Source: a bacterium
Lineage (GTDB): Bacteria > Patescibacteriota > SICC01
NCBI GenBank assembly: GCA_030699935.1
Contig: JAUYKS010000022.1
Span: 18,970 to 82,969 of the forward strand
DNA: 64,000 nucleotides
Reading direction: 5' to 3'
Notes under the pieces: generated by a model
The model's database searches: none
What the model was told of the DNA's origin: nothing
What the model saw: only the letters and a program-made list of their open reading frames with translations
Program-made: the position numbers and the translations under genes
In this document: one piece after another, positions 9,545 through 19,865 of the stretch
Layout of the letters: every line of letters starts with the position of its first letter
Position numbering within the stretch: the first letter of the stretch is position 1

Positions 9545-10896
9545 GCGGCCTCCTTCTTCGGCTTGCCTTCGCTCTTCCGGAATTCCAGCTTGGGGGCGAC
9601 GCCGTACAGTTCGAACTCGTCACGGAGGACGCCGGCCAGATGGCGCCGTTGGTCCTCGCCCCACAGCGTCGGCTGGTTCACGAACACGACGAAGGTCGGC
9701 GGCAGCGTGCTTACCTGGGTGAGGTAATACAGGCGCGCTTTGCGCCGACCGCCCGCGTATTCGCCCAGCCGGGTCCGGACCAGGGTGTTCAGCTGGGCCG
9801 TCCCGACCCTGGTTTCCGCGGCTTCGTAGACGTCCTCGACCGCCCGCAAGATCCGGTCGGCTTTCTCACCGGTCAGCGCCGAAACGAATACGACCGGCGG
9901 TGACGGCAGGAACGGCAGGCGCTTCCGCAACTTCGCGAAGAACCTCTCTTGGACGTCGGGTCCCTTGTCGACCAGGTCCCATTTGTTCACCGCCAATACC
10001 AAGCCGGTCCCGGAGTCCAGGATGTGCGCCGCGATGTGGGCGTCCTGGAGCGTCGGTCCCTCCTCGGCGTCGATCAGCAGGACCGCTACCGCCGAATCGG
10101 CGATCGCCCGCAGCGTCCGCAGCAGGCTCCAGTACGGGATCCCCGAACTGCGTTTGCCGCGCTTGGCCATGCCGGCCGTGTCGATCAACCGCCAGGTCCG
10201 CTGCGGCGTCTTGAGCAAACGCTCCGTGGTATCACGGGTCGTATGCGGTACCTCGCTGGTCAGGGCGGTCCGGCCGTCGCTCAGCCGGTTGACCAGCGTG
10301 GACTTGCCGGCGTTCGGCCGCCCGACGATCGTGAAGGCGGGCGGGCGCCCTTCGCCCGACGCCTTGACCTTGCCGATCTGCGAAGTGATTTCGTCCATCA
10401 GGTCGCCGGTCCCCTTTCCGTGCAATGCCGAGATCGCGATCGACTCGAAGCCGAGGCGGTGGAACTCGTCGGCCGGCTCCGCTCCACCCGGCCCCGTGCC
10501 GTCGTCAACCTTGTTCACCACGAGCAATACCGGACGGGAACGTTTCCGCACCAACGCCGCGGCTTCCCGATCCTCGCCGGTCAGGCCGTCCCGGGCGGAC
10601 ACGACCAGCAGTACCAGGTCGCTTTCCTCGATCGCGTTGACCACCTGCTCTTTGACCGCCTTGCCGAGGTGTCCGTCCTCGCTATCCTTGCCGCCGTCGC
10701 CCGCGGTCAGCCCTCCCGTATCGATCACGGTGAACGCCTGGCCCTGCCACTCCGCTTCGCCGTAGATGCGATCACGGGTAGTGCCGGGCAGGTCGGCAGT
10801 GATCGCCCGGCGTTGGCCGACCAATCGGTTATACAGCGTCGACTTACCGACGTTCGGTCGGCCGACGATAGCTACGATGGGTTGTGATTTAGACAT
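9541..10896 (-). CDS. der: Ribosome biogenesis GTPase Der/EngA
   Basis: Two tandem G domains (GRPNVGKS, GRPNAGKS) plus KH-like C-terminus. Confidence 0.97.
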   Translation of the reverse strand: MSKSQPIVAIVGRPNVGKSTLYNRLVGQRRAITADLPGTTRDRIYGEAEWQGQAFTVIDTGGLTAGDGGKDSEDGHLGKAVKEQVVNAIEESDLVLLVVSARDGLTGEDREAAALVRKRSRPVLLVVNKVDDGTGPGGAEPADEFHRLGFESIAISALHGKGTGDLMDEITSQIGKVKASGEGRPPAFTIVGRPNAGKSTLVNRLSDGRTALTSEVPHTTRDTTERLLKTPQRTWRLIDTAGMAKRGKRSSGIPYWSLLRTLRAIADSAVAVLLIDAEEGPTLQDAHIAAHILDSGTGLVLAVNKWDLVDKGPDVQERFFAKLRKRLPFLPSPPVVFVSALTGEKADRILRAVEDVYEAAETRVGTAQLNTLVRTRLGEYAGGRRKARLYYLTQVSTLPPTFVVFVNQPTLWGEDQRRHLAGVLRDEFELYGVAPKLEFRKSEGKPKKEAA

Positions 10897-11000
10897 CGAA
10901 ATACGGACAGGACAGACACATGCCGAGCGAAGCCATGAGCGGCCCGCGAGTATGCACGGTCTGACGCGTCGGGCGGCCTTCCATGCCGTCTGACAGCGTC

Positions 11001-11029
11001 ATTTTACGGCCGGATAGTCCCGTAGGCAA
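11001..11029 (-). promoter_or_regulatory. Putative sigma70 promoter of the der-pth-mfd unit
   Basis: Minus strand TTGCCT-N17-TAAAAT, about 100 nt upstream of der. Confidence 0.55.
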
Positions 11030-11038
11030 GCCGGTTTT

Positions 11039-11968
11039 CTACCAGCGAAAGGACCGCAGGGACCAGTCCAGCATCGCCTTGTTCTCCTGGAACCGGTCCG
11101 GAGAATTCAGCACCACCGCGACCAGGCGGCGCTTGCCGTCATCCAACACGCTGACCAGGGACGGCCCGGCGGCATCGGAAGTTCCCGTTTTCAGGCCGGC
11201 GATCGGCAGGTAGGAGTCCAACAAGAGGTCCGTCGTGAACAAGCGGTACTCGGTCCGTTCCGGGTCCGGATTCTCGGGAGTCGGCTTACGCTTATTGAGG
11301 GCCTTCACCGTGCGCTCCGGATCCTTCGCCAGATTGCGGATCTCGCGTTTCTCCAGGGCGGCGCGGGTCAGGACCACCAGGTCACGGGCCGAACTGACGT
11401 TCTCGCCCTTCCCGTAGCCACTCGCGTTATCGAAGTGGGTATCGCCCATGCCGAGCTCTTCCGCCCGGCGGTTCATCAAGTCCACGAATTTCTTCTCGGA
11501 CCCCGATACCGCGATTGCCAGCGTCTCCGCCGCGTCGTTGCCGGAGACGATCAGCGTCCCGGCTAACAGGTCGACCGCATACACCCGGTCGTCTTCCTCG
11601 AGTCCCATCAGGGATTCCTCAGGGCCGTTGTTTAACTTCGGTACGACGATCTCCCGGTCGGACGGCAGTTCTTCGACCGCCAGCAGTGCCGTCATCAGCT
11701 TGGTGATACTGGCGATCGGACGCTTCGTGGAAGCGTCCTTCTCGAACAGTTCGGCCCCGCTGGCCAGGTCGGTGACCAAGGCGCTCTTGGCCCCGACGAC
11801 CGGCGCCACGGCGGACGACCGCTTCTCAGGGAAAGGATAGACGGGAGGCGCTTCGATGCCCGCGTGTACCGCGTCGACACTCGGGGCGCTCTCGGGAACT
11901 ACTCCCGGCACCACGCTGCCGGCCAGGACCAGGATCGCCAGGACCGCCTGGGTCAGCCAGTCCATCAC
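11039..11968 (-). CDS. D-alanyl-D-alanine carboxypeptidase (peptidase S11)
   Basis: SxxK (ASITK), SGN and KTG motifs; N-terminal signal/TM. Confidence 0.93.
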   Translation of the reverse strand: MMDWLTQAVLAILVLAGSVVPGVVPESAPSVDAVHAGIEAPPVYPFPEKRSSAVAPVVGAKSALVTDLASGAELFEKDASTKRPIASITKLMTALLAVEELPSDREIVVPKLNNGPEESLMGLEEDDRVYAVDLLAGTLIVSGNDAAETLAIAVSGSEKKFVDLMNRRAEELGMGDTHFDNASGYGKGENVSSARDLVVLTRAALEKREIRNLAKDPERTVKALNKRKPTPENPDPERTEYRLFTTDLLLDSYLPIAGLKTGTSDAAGPSLVSVLDDGKRRLVAVVLNSPDRFQENKAMLDWSLRSFRW

Positions 11969-12573
11969 TCCTCCGTCTTGGTCGCGGTCGTCTGGGTCGC
12001 AGCGGCCGGACGGGTCGCGGCGGCCAGACGTTCCTCGAGCTCTTCGGGCACGGCGGGCAGCTCGTCCTTGCCGCCGACCCCGAGGTGCTTGAGCAATTCG
12101 ATCGTGGTGTCGTAGAGGATCGGACGGCCGGGTTCCTGTTTGCGTCCGACTTCCCCGATCAGGCCGCGGATCGCCAGGGTCCGCAGCGGCGCGGTCGATT
12201 GGACGCCGCGGATGGATTCCACTTCGGGACGCGTCACCGGTCCGCGATAGGCGATGATCGCCAGCGTCTCGAGCGCGCCCTTGGACAACCGGCCGCGGAG
12301 CTCCTGCTTGAGGAATCGCCCGACGACTGCTTCCGTCTCGGGAGCCGTTACCAACTGGGCCTCCTGCTCGCCGATCACCAGGCGGATACCGCGGTCGACG
12401 TAAGACGCTTGAATCTCCGCCAGGAGTTTTTTGACTTCCGGTCGCGGCAACTCCACCAGTGACCCGAGATCACTGAGCCGGACCGGTTCGCCGGCGGCGA
12501 AGAGAATGCTCTCGAGTGCTAATCGAGGGTCCACGTCGGGCCGGTTCGATTCGGACTCGTTCACGCCGGACAT
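11965..12573 (-). CDS. scpB: SMC-Scp complex subunit ScpB
   Basis: LESILFAAGEP, LSKGALETLAIIAYRGPVTR, GRPILY; start reassigned to ATG at 12573. Confidence 0.95.
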   Translation of the reverse strand: MSGVNESESNRPDVDPRLALESILFAAGEPVRLSDLGSLVELPRPEVKKLLAEIQASYVDRGIRLVIGEQEAQLVTAPETEAVVGRFLKQELRGRLSKGALETLAIIAYRGPVTRPEVESIRGVQSTAPLRTLAIRGLIGEVGRKQEPGRPILYDTTIELLKHLGVGGKDELPAVPEELEERLAAATRPAAATQTTATKTEE

Positions 12574-13241
12574 AAGGTCAACTCCTTTTCCTGTTTGACG
12601 GTCAACGCGCTCTGCTTGATCAGCTCTAGGATCGCCAGGAAAGTCACGATCATCCGGACGCGGCTGCGTACGTCGGTGAACAGCGACGCGAAGCCGACCG
12701 GTCCTTCCGTCAGCTGGCGGCGGACTTCGCCGATACACTCATCGATGGTGATCTTGTCCTCGAGCGTCTCTTCCGGCAGTTGCTGCGGCTTCGGCAGTTC
12801 CGCCAAGGTGGCTTGGAAGGCGTCGGTCAACGCAGCCAAGGTGACACCGTCGGCGACCATCTCCTGCGGCGGCTCGATCGGGAACGAGGGACCCCCGACG
12901 CTGGTTCCCCGCTCGTCCATATGCTCGCGGAGCCCCGCCGCCAGCTCCTTGTAGAGCTTATACTCGGCCAATCGGGCGGCCAGGTCGTCCGGCTCTTCTT
13001 CCGCTTCCGCCTCGCCCGGCAACAGTGCCCGCGACTTCAGCACTACTAGCCGGGCCGCAATCACGAGGTAATCGGAAATCTCCGTCAGGTTCTCCCGGGT
13101 CAGCTCCCGTACCCGCGCCAGGTATTGGTCGGTCACTTCCGCCAGCGAGATCGTGGTGATCTCAAGTTCGTGCTCCTCGATCAGCTGGAGCAGAAGGTCC
13201 AGCGGCCCTTCGAATTCCTGTTGTTTGATAGTGAAGCTCAT
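12561..13241 (-). CDS. scpA: Segregation/condensation protein ScpA
   Basis: FEGPLDLLL N-terminus, VTFLAILEL C-terminus, adjacent to scpB. Confidence 0.95.
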   Translation of the reverse strand: MSFTIKQQEFEGPLDLLLQLIEEHELEITTISLAEVTDQYLARVRELTRENLTEISDYLVIAARLVVLKSRALLPGEAEAEEEPDDLAARLAEYKLYKELAAGLREHMDERGTSVGGPSFPIEPPQEMVADGVTLAALTDAFQATLAELPKPQQLPEETLEDKITIDECIGEVRRQLTEGPVGFASLFTDVRSRVRMIVTFLAILELIKQSALTVKQEKELTLCPA

Positions 13242-13251
13242 GGTGTGATTC

Positions 13252-14586
13252 CTATGGCGTGATCCGGCTGACGGAACGATGCAGGAAAGTAACCTCCCTG
13301 ATGTTGGCGACGTCGAACAGCTTCATCAGGATGCGGCCGGCACCCATGCCCATGCCGCCGTGCGGCGGACAGCCGTACCGGAAGAAGTTCAGGTAGAAGT
13401 CGAGGTGCTTCAGGTCGACCCCGGATTCCTTGGCCTGCTTTTCCAGGACGTCCACCCGGTGTTCACGTTGCGCCCCGGTGACGATCTCGACCCCGTTCCA
13501 GAGCAGGTCGTATCCCTTGGTCAGTTTCGGGTCGTCATCGTGACGCATGTGATAGAACGCGCGGCGCTCGACCGGATAGTCGATCACGAAGACGAACTCG
13601 TGTCCCGTCTCCTGCTTGATGATTTCCGACAGCTTGCGTTCCTCCTCCGGAGTAAGGTCGCCGGGGTGGTCGCTCTTCACCTTGGCGGCGGCCAGTTTTT
13701 GCTTCGCCTCGGCCATCGTGACCTTCGGGAACGGCAGCTTCGGCACCGCCAGCTTGCGTCCGAATTCCCGTTCGATCTCTTTGTCGTACTTCTTGACGAC
13801 GCCCTCGAGCATCGCTACGACCATCCGCTCGTTCTCCGCCATCACGTCGTGATGCGATTCGATGAACGAAAGCTCCGCGTCGAACCCGGTGAACTCGGTG
13901 GCGTGCCGGCTGGTGAATGACGGTTCGGCGCGAAAGACCGGCCCGACTTCAAATACGCGCTCGAATCCGGCGGCCATCGCCATCTGCTTGTAGAACTGCG
14001 GCGATTGCGCCAGGAAGGCCTCGCCATCGAAGTACTCTATCTTGAAGACTTCCGACCCGGACTCGCTGGCCGTGCTGATGATCTTCGGCGAATGGATCTC
14101 GAGGTAGCCGTTCGTGGTCCAGTATTCGCGCAGCGATTCCTCTAGCTCGGTCGCGGCCTTGAAGACCAGCTGATTGTGCGGTTTGCGCAGGTCCAGCCAG
14201 CGCCAGTCCAGGCGCTTCTCCTGGCTGGTCTCCCCCGCTTTCTCGTGTACCGGGATCGCCAGTTCGGGATGCGATGCGGAAAGCACCTCATACGATTGCA
14301 CCTCGATCTCGACCCCGTCCGGCGCCTGTTTGGCCTCCTTCACCAAGCCGGTCACCGAGACGACGGACTCGGGCGTAAGTTCGTTCAGCTTTTCTACCAA
14401 CGCCTTGTCGAAGGCGACGGCCTGCATCGTCCCCGAGATATCGCGCAAGACCAGGAAGACGATCTTGCCCTGGTGGCGGATTACCGCCGCCCAGGCGTCC
14501 AACTGGACGGTCTTGCCGACCTGCCCTTTGGCATCGGCGACCATCGTCCGTGGCAACGGTTTTTGTGTTTTCTCAGCCGAATTCAT
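13252..14586 (-). CDS. aspS: Aspartyl-tRNA synthetase, short archaeal-like (probably non-discriminating) type
   Basis: OB fold, LAQSPQFYKQ, FRAE, GAQR, PPHGG; no GAD insertion. Confidence 0.93.
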   Translation of the reverse strand: MNSAEKTQKPLPRTMVADAKGQVGKTVQLDAWAAVIRHQGKIVFLVLRDISGTMQAVAFDKALVEKLNELTPESVVSVTGLVKEAKQAPDGVEIEVQSYEVLSASHPELAIPVHEKAGETSQEKRLDWRWLDLRKPHNQLVFKAATELEESLREYWTTNGYLEIHSPKIISTASESGSEVFKIEYFDGEAFLAQSPQFYKQMAMAAGFERVFEVGPVFRAEPSFTSRHATEFTGFDAELSFIESHHDVMAENERMVVAMLEGVVKKYDKEIEREFGRKLAVPKLPFPKVTMAEAKQKLAAAKVKSDHPGDLTPEEERKLSEIIKQETGHEFVFVIDYPVERRAFYHMRHDDDPKLTKGYDLLWNGVEIVTGAQREHRVDVLEKQAKESGVDLKHLDFYLNFFRYGCPPHGGMGMGAGRILMKLFDVANIREVTFLHRSVSRITP

Positions 14587-14601
14587 TGCTTATATGATAC
14601 C

Positions 14602-15951
14602 TCAGGCGACTAGGCTCTGGGCAGCTTCCAGGCGTGAGACTGCCTCCGCCTGGCCGAGCACCTCGAACACGTCCCAGAGCGGCGGCGTGCGGTCGGCGTC
14701 GGTGACTGCGATCCGCAGCGGCGGGAACAGCTGCTTCGGCTCCAGGTCGAGTTCGTTCCGCAGGTCGGTCAGGAGTTTCTCGATCCGTTCCGCGTTCCAT
14801 TCGTTTTCCGGCAGTTTGATGAGGTCGCGCAGGGTTCGCTCCAGCCAGACGCCGACGGTCTCCGGATTCTCCTTACCGACCAGGCGCTTCGAAGTGACCT
14901 TCGGGGCCTTGTAGAAGTAGCCTTTCCGGATGTCGGCCAACTCGGCCAAGGTCCGGATACGCTCGGTCGCCAGGGCCAGAACCTTCTCGTCGTAGGCCCG
15001 GTCGCCATCCATTTTTTTCGCGGCCTTCTTCCAAAATCCTCCGGCGATCGCCCGGTCCAGCAGCTCGCCGACGTCCAGCGCCTTGATGTGCTCGCCGTTC
15101 AACCAGGCCAGCTTCTCCGGGTCGAACACACCCGGCGACCGCTGGATCCGGTCCAGACCGAACGCCTCAGCCAGTTCATCCAGCGAGCCGAAGAACTCGC
15201 GATCGTCACCTGGGTTCCAACCGATCAGCGCGACGAAGTTCGTGAGCGCCTCGGGAAGGTAGCCCGCCTCCCGATATTCCAGCACATCCTGCGCGCCGTG
15301 CCGCTTCGACAACTTCGTCTTATCCGACCCGAGGATAGGCGGCATGTGGTAGAACCGCGGCATCGCGTCCGCCTTGCCGAGCGCCTGGTACAGCGCGTAG
15401 TACTTGTGCAGGCTCGAGGTGAACTCGTCGCCGCGGATGACGTCCGTCACGCCAGTCTCCAGGTCATCGATTATGTGCGCGAAGTTGTATGTTGGATAAC
15501 CGTCCGACTTGATCAATACGAAATCCTCGAACGCCGATGCGACGGTTTGCGGGTCGACAGTGATCGTTGACCGGCCACTGAACGGCTCGACCGTCACCGG
15601 CTGCTTCGGTTCCGGCCATTTGAAGCGGATCACCTTCCCGGCCTCCTCGTCCGATTCCCGGGCGAAGCCCTTTTCGACGAGATAATCCGCGTACTCCTTG
15701 TAGGTATCCAGCCGCTCCGACTGATGCAGGACCTCGCCGCTCCATTCGAGCCCGAGCCACTGCAGCGACTCCTTGATCTGCGCCTCCGCATCTTCGACCA
15801 GCCGTTTACGGTCCGTATCTTCTATCCGCAGATGGAACTCACCGCCGCTTTTCTGCGCGCAAAGCCAGGCGAACAGCGCCGTGCGGACTCCGCCGACGTG
15901 AAGGTACCCCGTCGGCGACGGCGCGAAACGGGTGATGACTTTTTCCGTCAT
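14602..15951 (-). CDS. gltX: Glutamyl-tRNA synthetase
   Basis: RFAPSPTGYLHVGG (HIGH-type) and KLSKR; start ATG at 15951. Confidence 0.96.
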   Translation of the reverse strand: MTEKVITRFAPSPTGYLHVGGVRTALFAWLCAQKSGGEFHLRIEDTDRKRLVEDAEAQIKESLQWLGLEWSGEVLHQSERLDTYKEYADYLVEKGFARESDEEAGKVIRFKWPEPKQPVTVEPFSGRSTITVDPQTVASAFEDFVLIKSDGYPTYNFAHIIDDLETGVTDVIRGDEFTSSLHKYYALYQALGKADAMPRFYHMPPILGSDKTKLSKRHGAQDVLEYREAGYLPEALTNFVALIGWNPGDDREFFGSLDELAEAFGLDRIQRSPGVFDPEKLAWLNGEHIKALDVGELLDRAIAGGFWKKAAKKMDGDRAYDEKVLALATERIRTLAELADIRKGYFYKAPKVTSKRLVGKENPETVGVWLERTLRDLIKLPENEWNAERIEKLLTDLRNELDLEPKQLFPPLRIAVTDADRTPPLWDVFEVLGQAEAVSRLEAAQSLVA

Positions 15952-15968
15952 GCACCCAGTATACGGAC

Positions 15969-16700
15969 TCAAGCGGCCGGGGTGTCGTCTTCCCGGACTG
16001 CTTCGAGCGCCTTGGCGAACAGGCCGGGCGCGTCTATCGGACCATGCCGACGGCTGTCATAGATCTCGATACCCCTTTTTTGCCTGTTGAACCTGACCGG
16101 CTCGCCAGTGACCGGATGGACAGGCATGTGCTTTTCCAATTCCTCTGTGATCCGTTCGGCGAGTTCGGGAGTATCAACGTCCGGCAGGAGTAATGCGAAC
16201 TCATCTGCCCCACCACCAAGCCGGTACGCTTCGTTGCCCGGCCGCATGCCTTCGATCATTCCGGCTCCGGCTTCCTTGAGAACTTGATTGCCTCGCTCCT
16301 GACCGAATTTCTGGTTGATGGATTTAAAACCCTCCAGGTCCAGTACGACGATAGCGAACTGTTTCCCCTTGGCCTCACCCACTTTGTCCGGAGAAAGCTC
16401 GTCCGTCTCAAGTAGGTATGCTCGTTCACATTCACGGGCAAGCTTGCTGATTTCTCCGCGCTTGCCGCCGGACCCCAACAACGCCACTTCGTTCTTCAAA
16501 CCGGTTCTCCCATCGACCGCGGAACGGCGTATCAGTTCTTCGAAGGTCGCGGCACCGCGTTCCGGTGCGATCTAGCCGGACTGTACTTTTTCCATAAACG
16601 CCAGGGCGTATTCAGGGTTCTCTTGGCAATAGTCGGCCTCCTCTTCGACGGAGCCGAACTGGGATGCCTCCAGGCCCTGTTCAGTGGGTTCGCTAGCCAT
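15969..16700 (-). pseudogene. GGDEF-domain protein interrupted by an in-frame TAG (16572-16574)
   Basis: Single frame from ATG 16700 with one amber; DGRTGLKN, DLEGFKSIN..FG...GNQVL and RLGGGADEF motifs. Confidence 0.7.
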
Positions 16701-16726
16701 AATTAGTGGCTAAGTATAGCCTAAAA

Positions 16727-17590
16727 TCAGCGTTTTGTCGAGCCCTGTTTAGCCCGGACCACCGCCCACACGAATGCCGGCAACGCCGACATGATCCGGC
16801 GCCAGCGCGACGGCTGCGTGAAAAGGCGCCAGAGCCACTCGAGACCGTGCCCGCGCACCGCCCGTGGCGGCGGTTTGGCGACTTCCCCGCCGCCGGTTAG
16901 TGAACGCCCCCCACCGAGATAGTCGAGAGTGCCGCCGACGCCGACCGCGATCAGTGGCTTCGGCAACTTCGGCAGATTGCGGCGAATCCATTCCTCCTGG
17001 ACCGGCGCGCCGTAGGCCACCAGTAGGATCTGAGACTTGGACTGCTTGATGCGGCGCCTGACCGCCGCTTCCTGATCCGCCGTCGGGTCGGCCCCGTCCG
17101 CGGTCACTTTCAGTTCGGGAAACCTCTGCCGCAGCTCCGCCGCAGCCGCTTCCGCCACGCCGCGGGCCCCGCCGAGCAGGTACAGTCCGTGGCCGAACTC
17201 CTCGCACATCCCGGCAAGATCGACCGTCAACTCCGATCCCGGCACGGTATCCGGGAGCGTCTTTTTGACCGTGCGCGGCATCAGGAACGCTCCGAATCCG
17301 GTGCGCAACGCGCGCAGATAAAGCCGTGGTGTTTTCAACGGTCCGCGCAGCGGCCGGCTCAGAAAACTGGCGCCCCAGACCACGCCGATCGCATCCGCCA
17401 GTCGCCAGTCCGCCTGATTGATCAGGCGGCGGTGTTCCGGATGCCGGCGCGAGCGCATGATCATTTCCGTCGTCACCGTCACGATTTGCTGACGTTTACC
17501 CGCTTCGATCGCCTGCCGCAGCGCGACCAAAAGCTCTGGCGCGGTCACCGCATCGACTTCCACGCCGAGAACCGAAACCGAATCCTTCAT
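16727..17590 (-). CDS. WecB/TagA/CpsF family glycosyltransferase
   Basis: ADAIGVVW, GSELT..L, YLLGG, VAYGAPVQE.WI, GVGG..D, GLEWLWRL. Confidence 0.92.
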   Translation of the reverse strand: MKDSVSVLGVEVDAVTAPELLVALRQAIEAGKRQQIVTVTTEMIMRSRRHPEHRRLINQADWRLADAIGVVWGASFLSRPLRGPLKTPRLYLRALRTGFGAFLMPRTVKKTLPDTVPGSELTVDLAGMCEEFGHGLYLLGGARGVAEAAAAELRQRFPELKVTADGADPTADQEAAVRRRIKQSKSQILLVAYGAPVQEEWIRRNLPKLPKPLIAVGVGGTLDYLGGGRSLTGGGEVAKPPPRAVRGHGLEWLWRLFTQPSRWRRIMSALPAFVWAVVRAKQGSTKR

Positions 17591-17600
17591 GCGATCACCT

Positions 17601-18701
17601 TCATGCTGACAATATCTCCAGGACCGCCCGGGCCGTCTTCGCCCAACCGAACTGTTTGACCCGCTCCCGTCCGGCCGCGGTCAGCCGGTCCGTCAACTTC
17701 CGGTCGGCCAAGATCCGCTCCATGCCGTGGTGGATGGCCGTAACGCTTTCCGGATCGACCAGCAGCGCCGCCCCGCCGGCCACCTCCTTGGTGGCGGCGC
17801 GGTTCGCGGTCACGACCGGAGTTTCCGCCGCGAAGGCTTCAAGAACCGGAATCCCGAACCCTTCGTGCAGCGACGGAAAGACCAGCGCCCGGGCGCCCCG
17901 CAGCAGCGCCGACCGCTCGGCGTCGTCGACGTATCCGGTGTGGACCACGTATTCCGGCGACGGGCGCTTGCCGATCATCCGGCGGATGTCCTCGTAGCCG
18001 GCGCCGGGATTGCCGACCAGTACCAGCTGGCCGCCGAAAAGTCCTGAGTCCCGCAATCGGTAAAACGCTTCGACCACCCGGCTGACGTTCTTCCGCGTCT
18101 CGAGCCGGCCGGTGTAAATCAGGTACGGGTCGTCGATCCGGTACTTCCGCATCACGGCCATCACGCTTTTGGGCGTCAGGCCGGAGAACGGCTTCGGGTC
18201 GAACCCGTTCGGGATGACCTGCATCTTGTTGGCCGGGATGCCGTAGTCCCGGCCGACTTCGAGCGCGACCGCGCGGCTCGGCGTTATCACCGTGCTGGCC
18301 CAGCGGATCGAGAGCTTCGTCCCCAGCAGCAGGCTGAGGTAATGATAGGACGTGTAGTTTTGGCGGAATCGCTTGAACCCGACGTCGTGCACGGTGACGA
18401 CAGTCCGTTTCGGATGGACCGGCGGTACCGTGTGCGACGGCACGAACAAGGCGTCGACCGGATGCTTGCGCAGCTCCCGGCTCAGCGCCCAGTATGTCCA
18501 GAACCGCTTGCCCGGCACGACGACCGACTCGAAGTTCCCCGGCAGTTTCTGCAAGTCCTCGACCAACGGCTCACGGGTATAGAGCCGGTACTCGTTCTTC
18601 CGGTCGATCCGGGCCAGCTCGCGGATGATGTTGTACCCGTATGTCTCGACGCCGGTCCGTTCCGTGATATTGGCGCGCGAGGCGTCTATTCCGATGACCA
18701 T
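17601..18701 (-). CDS. Glycosyltransferase family 4 (GT-B)
   Basis: FPSLHEGFGIPVLEA motif, TVHD, GRLETRKN. Confidence 0.93.
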   Translation of the reverse strand: MVIGIDASRANITERTGVETYGYNIIRELARIDRKNEYRLYTREPLVEDLQKLPGNFESVVVPGKRFWTYWALSRELRKHPVDALFVPSHTVPPVHPKRTVVTVHDVGFKRFRQNYTSYHYLSLLLGTKLSIRWASTVITPSRAVALEVGRDYGIPANKMQVIPNGFDPKPFSGLTPKSVMAVMRKYRIDDPYLIYTGRLETRKNVSRVVEAFYRLRDSGLFGGQLVLVGNPGAGYEDIRRMIGKRPSPEYVVHTGYVDDAERSALLRGARALVFPSLHEGFGIPVLEAFAAETPVVTANRAATKEVAGGAALLVDPESVTAIHHGMERILADRKLTDRLTAAGRERVKQFGWAKTARAVLEILSA

Positions 18702-18745
18702 ACTGATAGCCTAGCTGCCTTATGCATTCGGCGCACGGCGGCCGT

Positions 18746-19756
18746 TCAACGGACCGCGACGGCGCGCTTGTACGAATCGAGGTTCTCGACGGCGACGCCG
18801 GTGCCGCGCACCACGCAGAACAGCGGGTCCTCGGCGACATGACAAGGCACGCTTGTCGCGTGCGTGATCACCCGATCGATATTCCGCAGCAGCGATCCGC
18901 CCCCGGCCATCACCATGCCGCGGTCGATCACGTCCGCCGACAGCTCGGGCGGCGTCTGGCGGAGCACGCCCTTGACCGAGTTGATCACTTCGGCCAGCTG
19001 GCTTTGGATCGCCTGGACGACCTCGTTGGTCTTGAGGTTGATCGTCTTCGGCATCTCGGCGACCATGTCGCGGCCGCGCACTTCCATGCTCATCTCCTCG
19101 CCTTCCGGCAGCGCCATGGCGGAGCCTATCTGGATCTTGATCTGCTCGGCCGTGACGTCGCCGATCGCCAGATTGTGCCGGCGTCGGATGAAGGCGGCGA
19201 TCGCTTGGTCGAACTTGTCGCCGCCGACCCGGGCGGATTCCACCGCCACGATCCCGCCGAGCGAGATCACCGCGACTTCGGAGGTGCCGCCGCCGATGTC
19301 GATGACCATGTTTCCCGACGGCGAACCGATCGGGATGTCGGCACCGATCGCGGCCGCCAACGGTTCACGAATGATGTAGGCGTTCTTGGCTCCGGACGCC
19401 GTGGCTGCGTCAATCACCGCGCGTCGCTCGGTCGAGGTGACGCCGGCGGGTACGCAGACCATCACGTCCGGCCGGAAGAAGCGTACGCTGCCGACCGCCT
19501 TGTTGATGAAGTAGCGTAACATCGCTTCGGTGACGCGGTAATCGGCGATCACGCCGTCCGCCAGCGGGCGATGTGCAACGATTTGTTCAGGGGTTCGGCC
19601 GACCATGTCCTTGGCCTCCTGGCCGACCGCCATCACGCGGTTGTCCTCGGTCGAAACCGCCACTACCGACGGTTCGTTGATAACCACGCCCTTATCCTCC
19701 ACATACACGAGGATGTTCGAAGTGCCGAGGTCGATGCCGATGCGTTTACTGAACAA
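18746..19756 (-). CDS. mreB: Rod shape-determining protein MreB
   Basis: IGIDLGTSN, EPSVVA, DIGGGTSE, AGGGSLL. Confidence 0.97.
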   Translation of the reverse strand: MFSKRIGIDLGTSNILVYVEDKGVVINEPSVVAVSTEDNRVMAVGQEAKDMVGRTPEQIVAHRPLADGVIADYRVTEAMLRYFINKAVGSVRFFRPDVMVCVPAGVTSTERRAVIDAATASGAKNAYIIREPLAAAIGADIPIGSPSGNMVIDIGGGTSEVAVISLGGIVAVESARVGGDKFDQAIAAFIRRRHNLAIGDVTAEQIKIQIGSAMALPEGEEMSMEVRGRDMVAEMPKTINLKTNEVVQAIQSQLAEVINSVKGVLRQTPPELSADVIDRGMVMAGGGSLLRNIDRVITHATSVPCHVAEDPLFCVVRGTGVAVENLDSYKRAVAVR

Positions 19757-19865
19757 GATATTTAACTATAAAACCGATGATTTTGCGCAGAATCCCGAAA
19801 GGGAGCGCACCGCTCATGCTACCATGCCGGCTTCGGGTGAGGCTACCGCCCGGGCCGTAGTCGCC

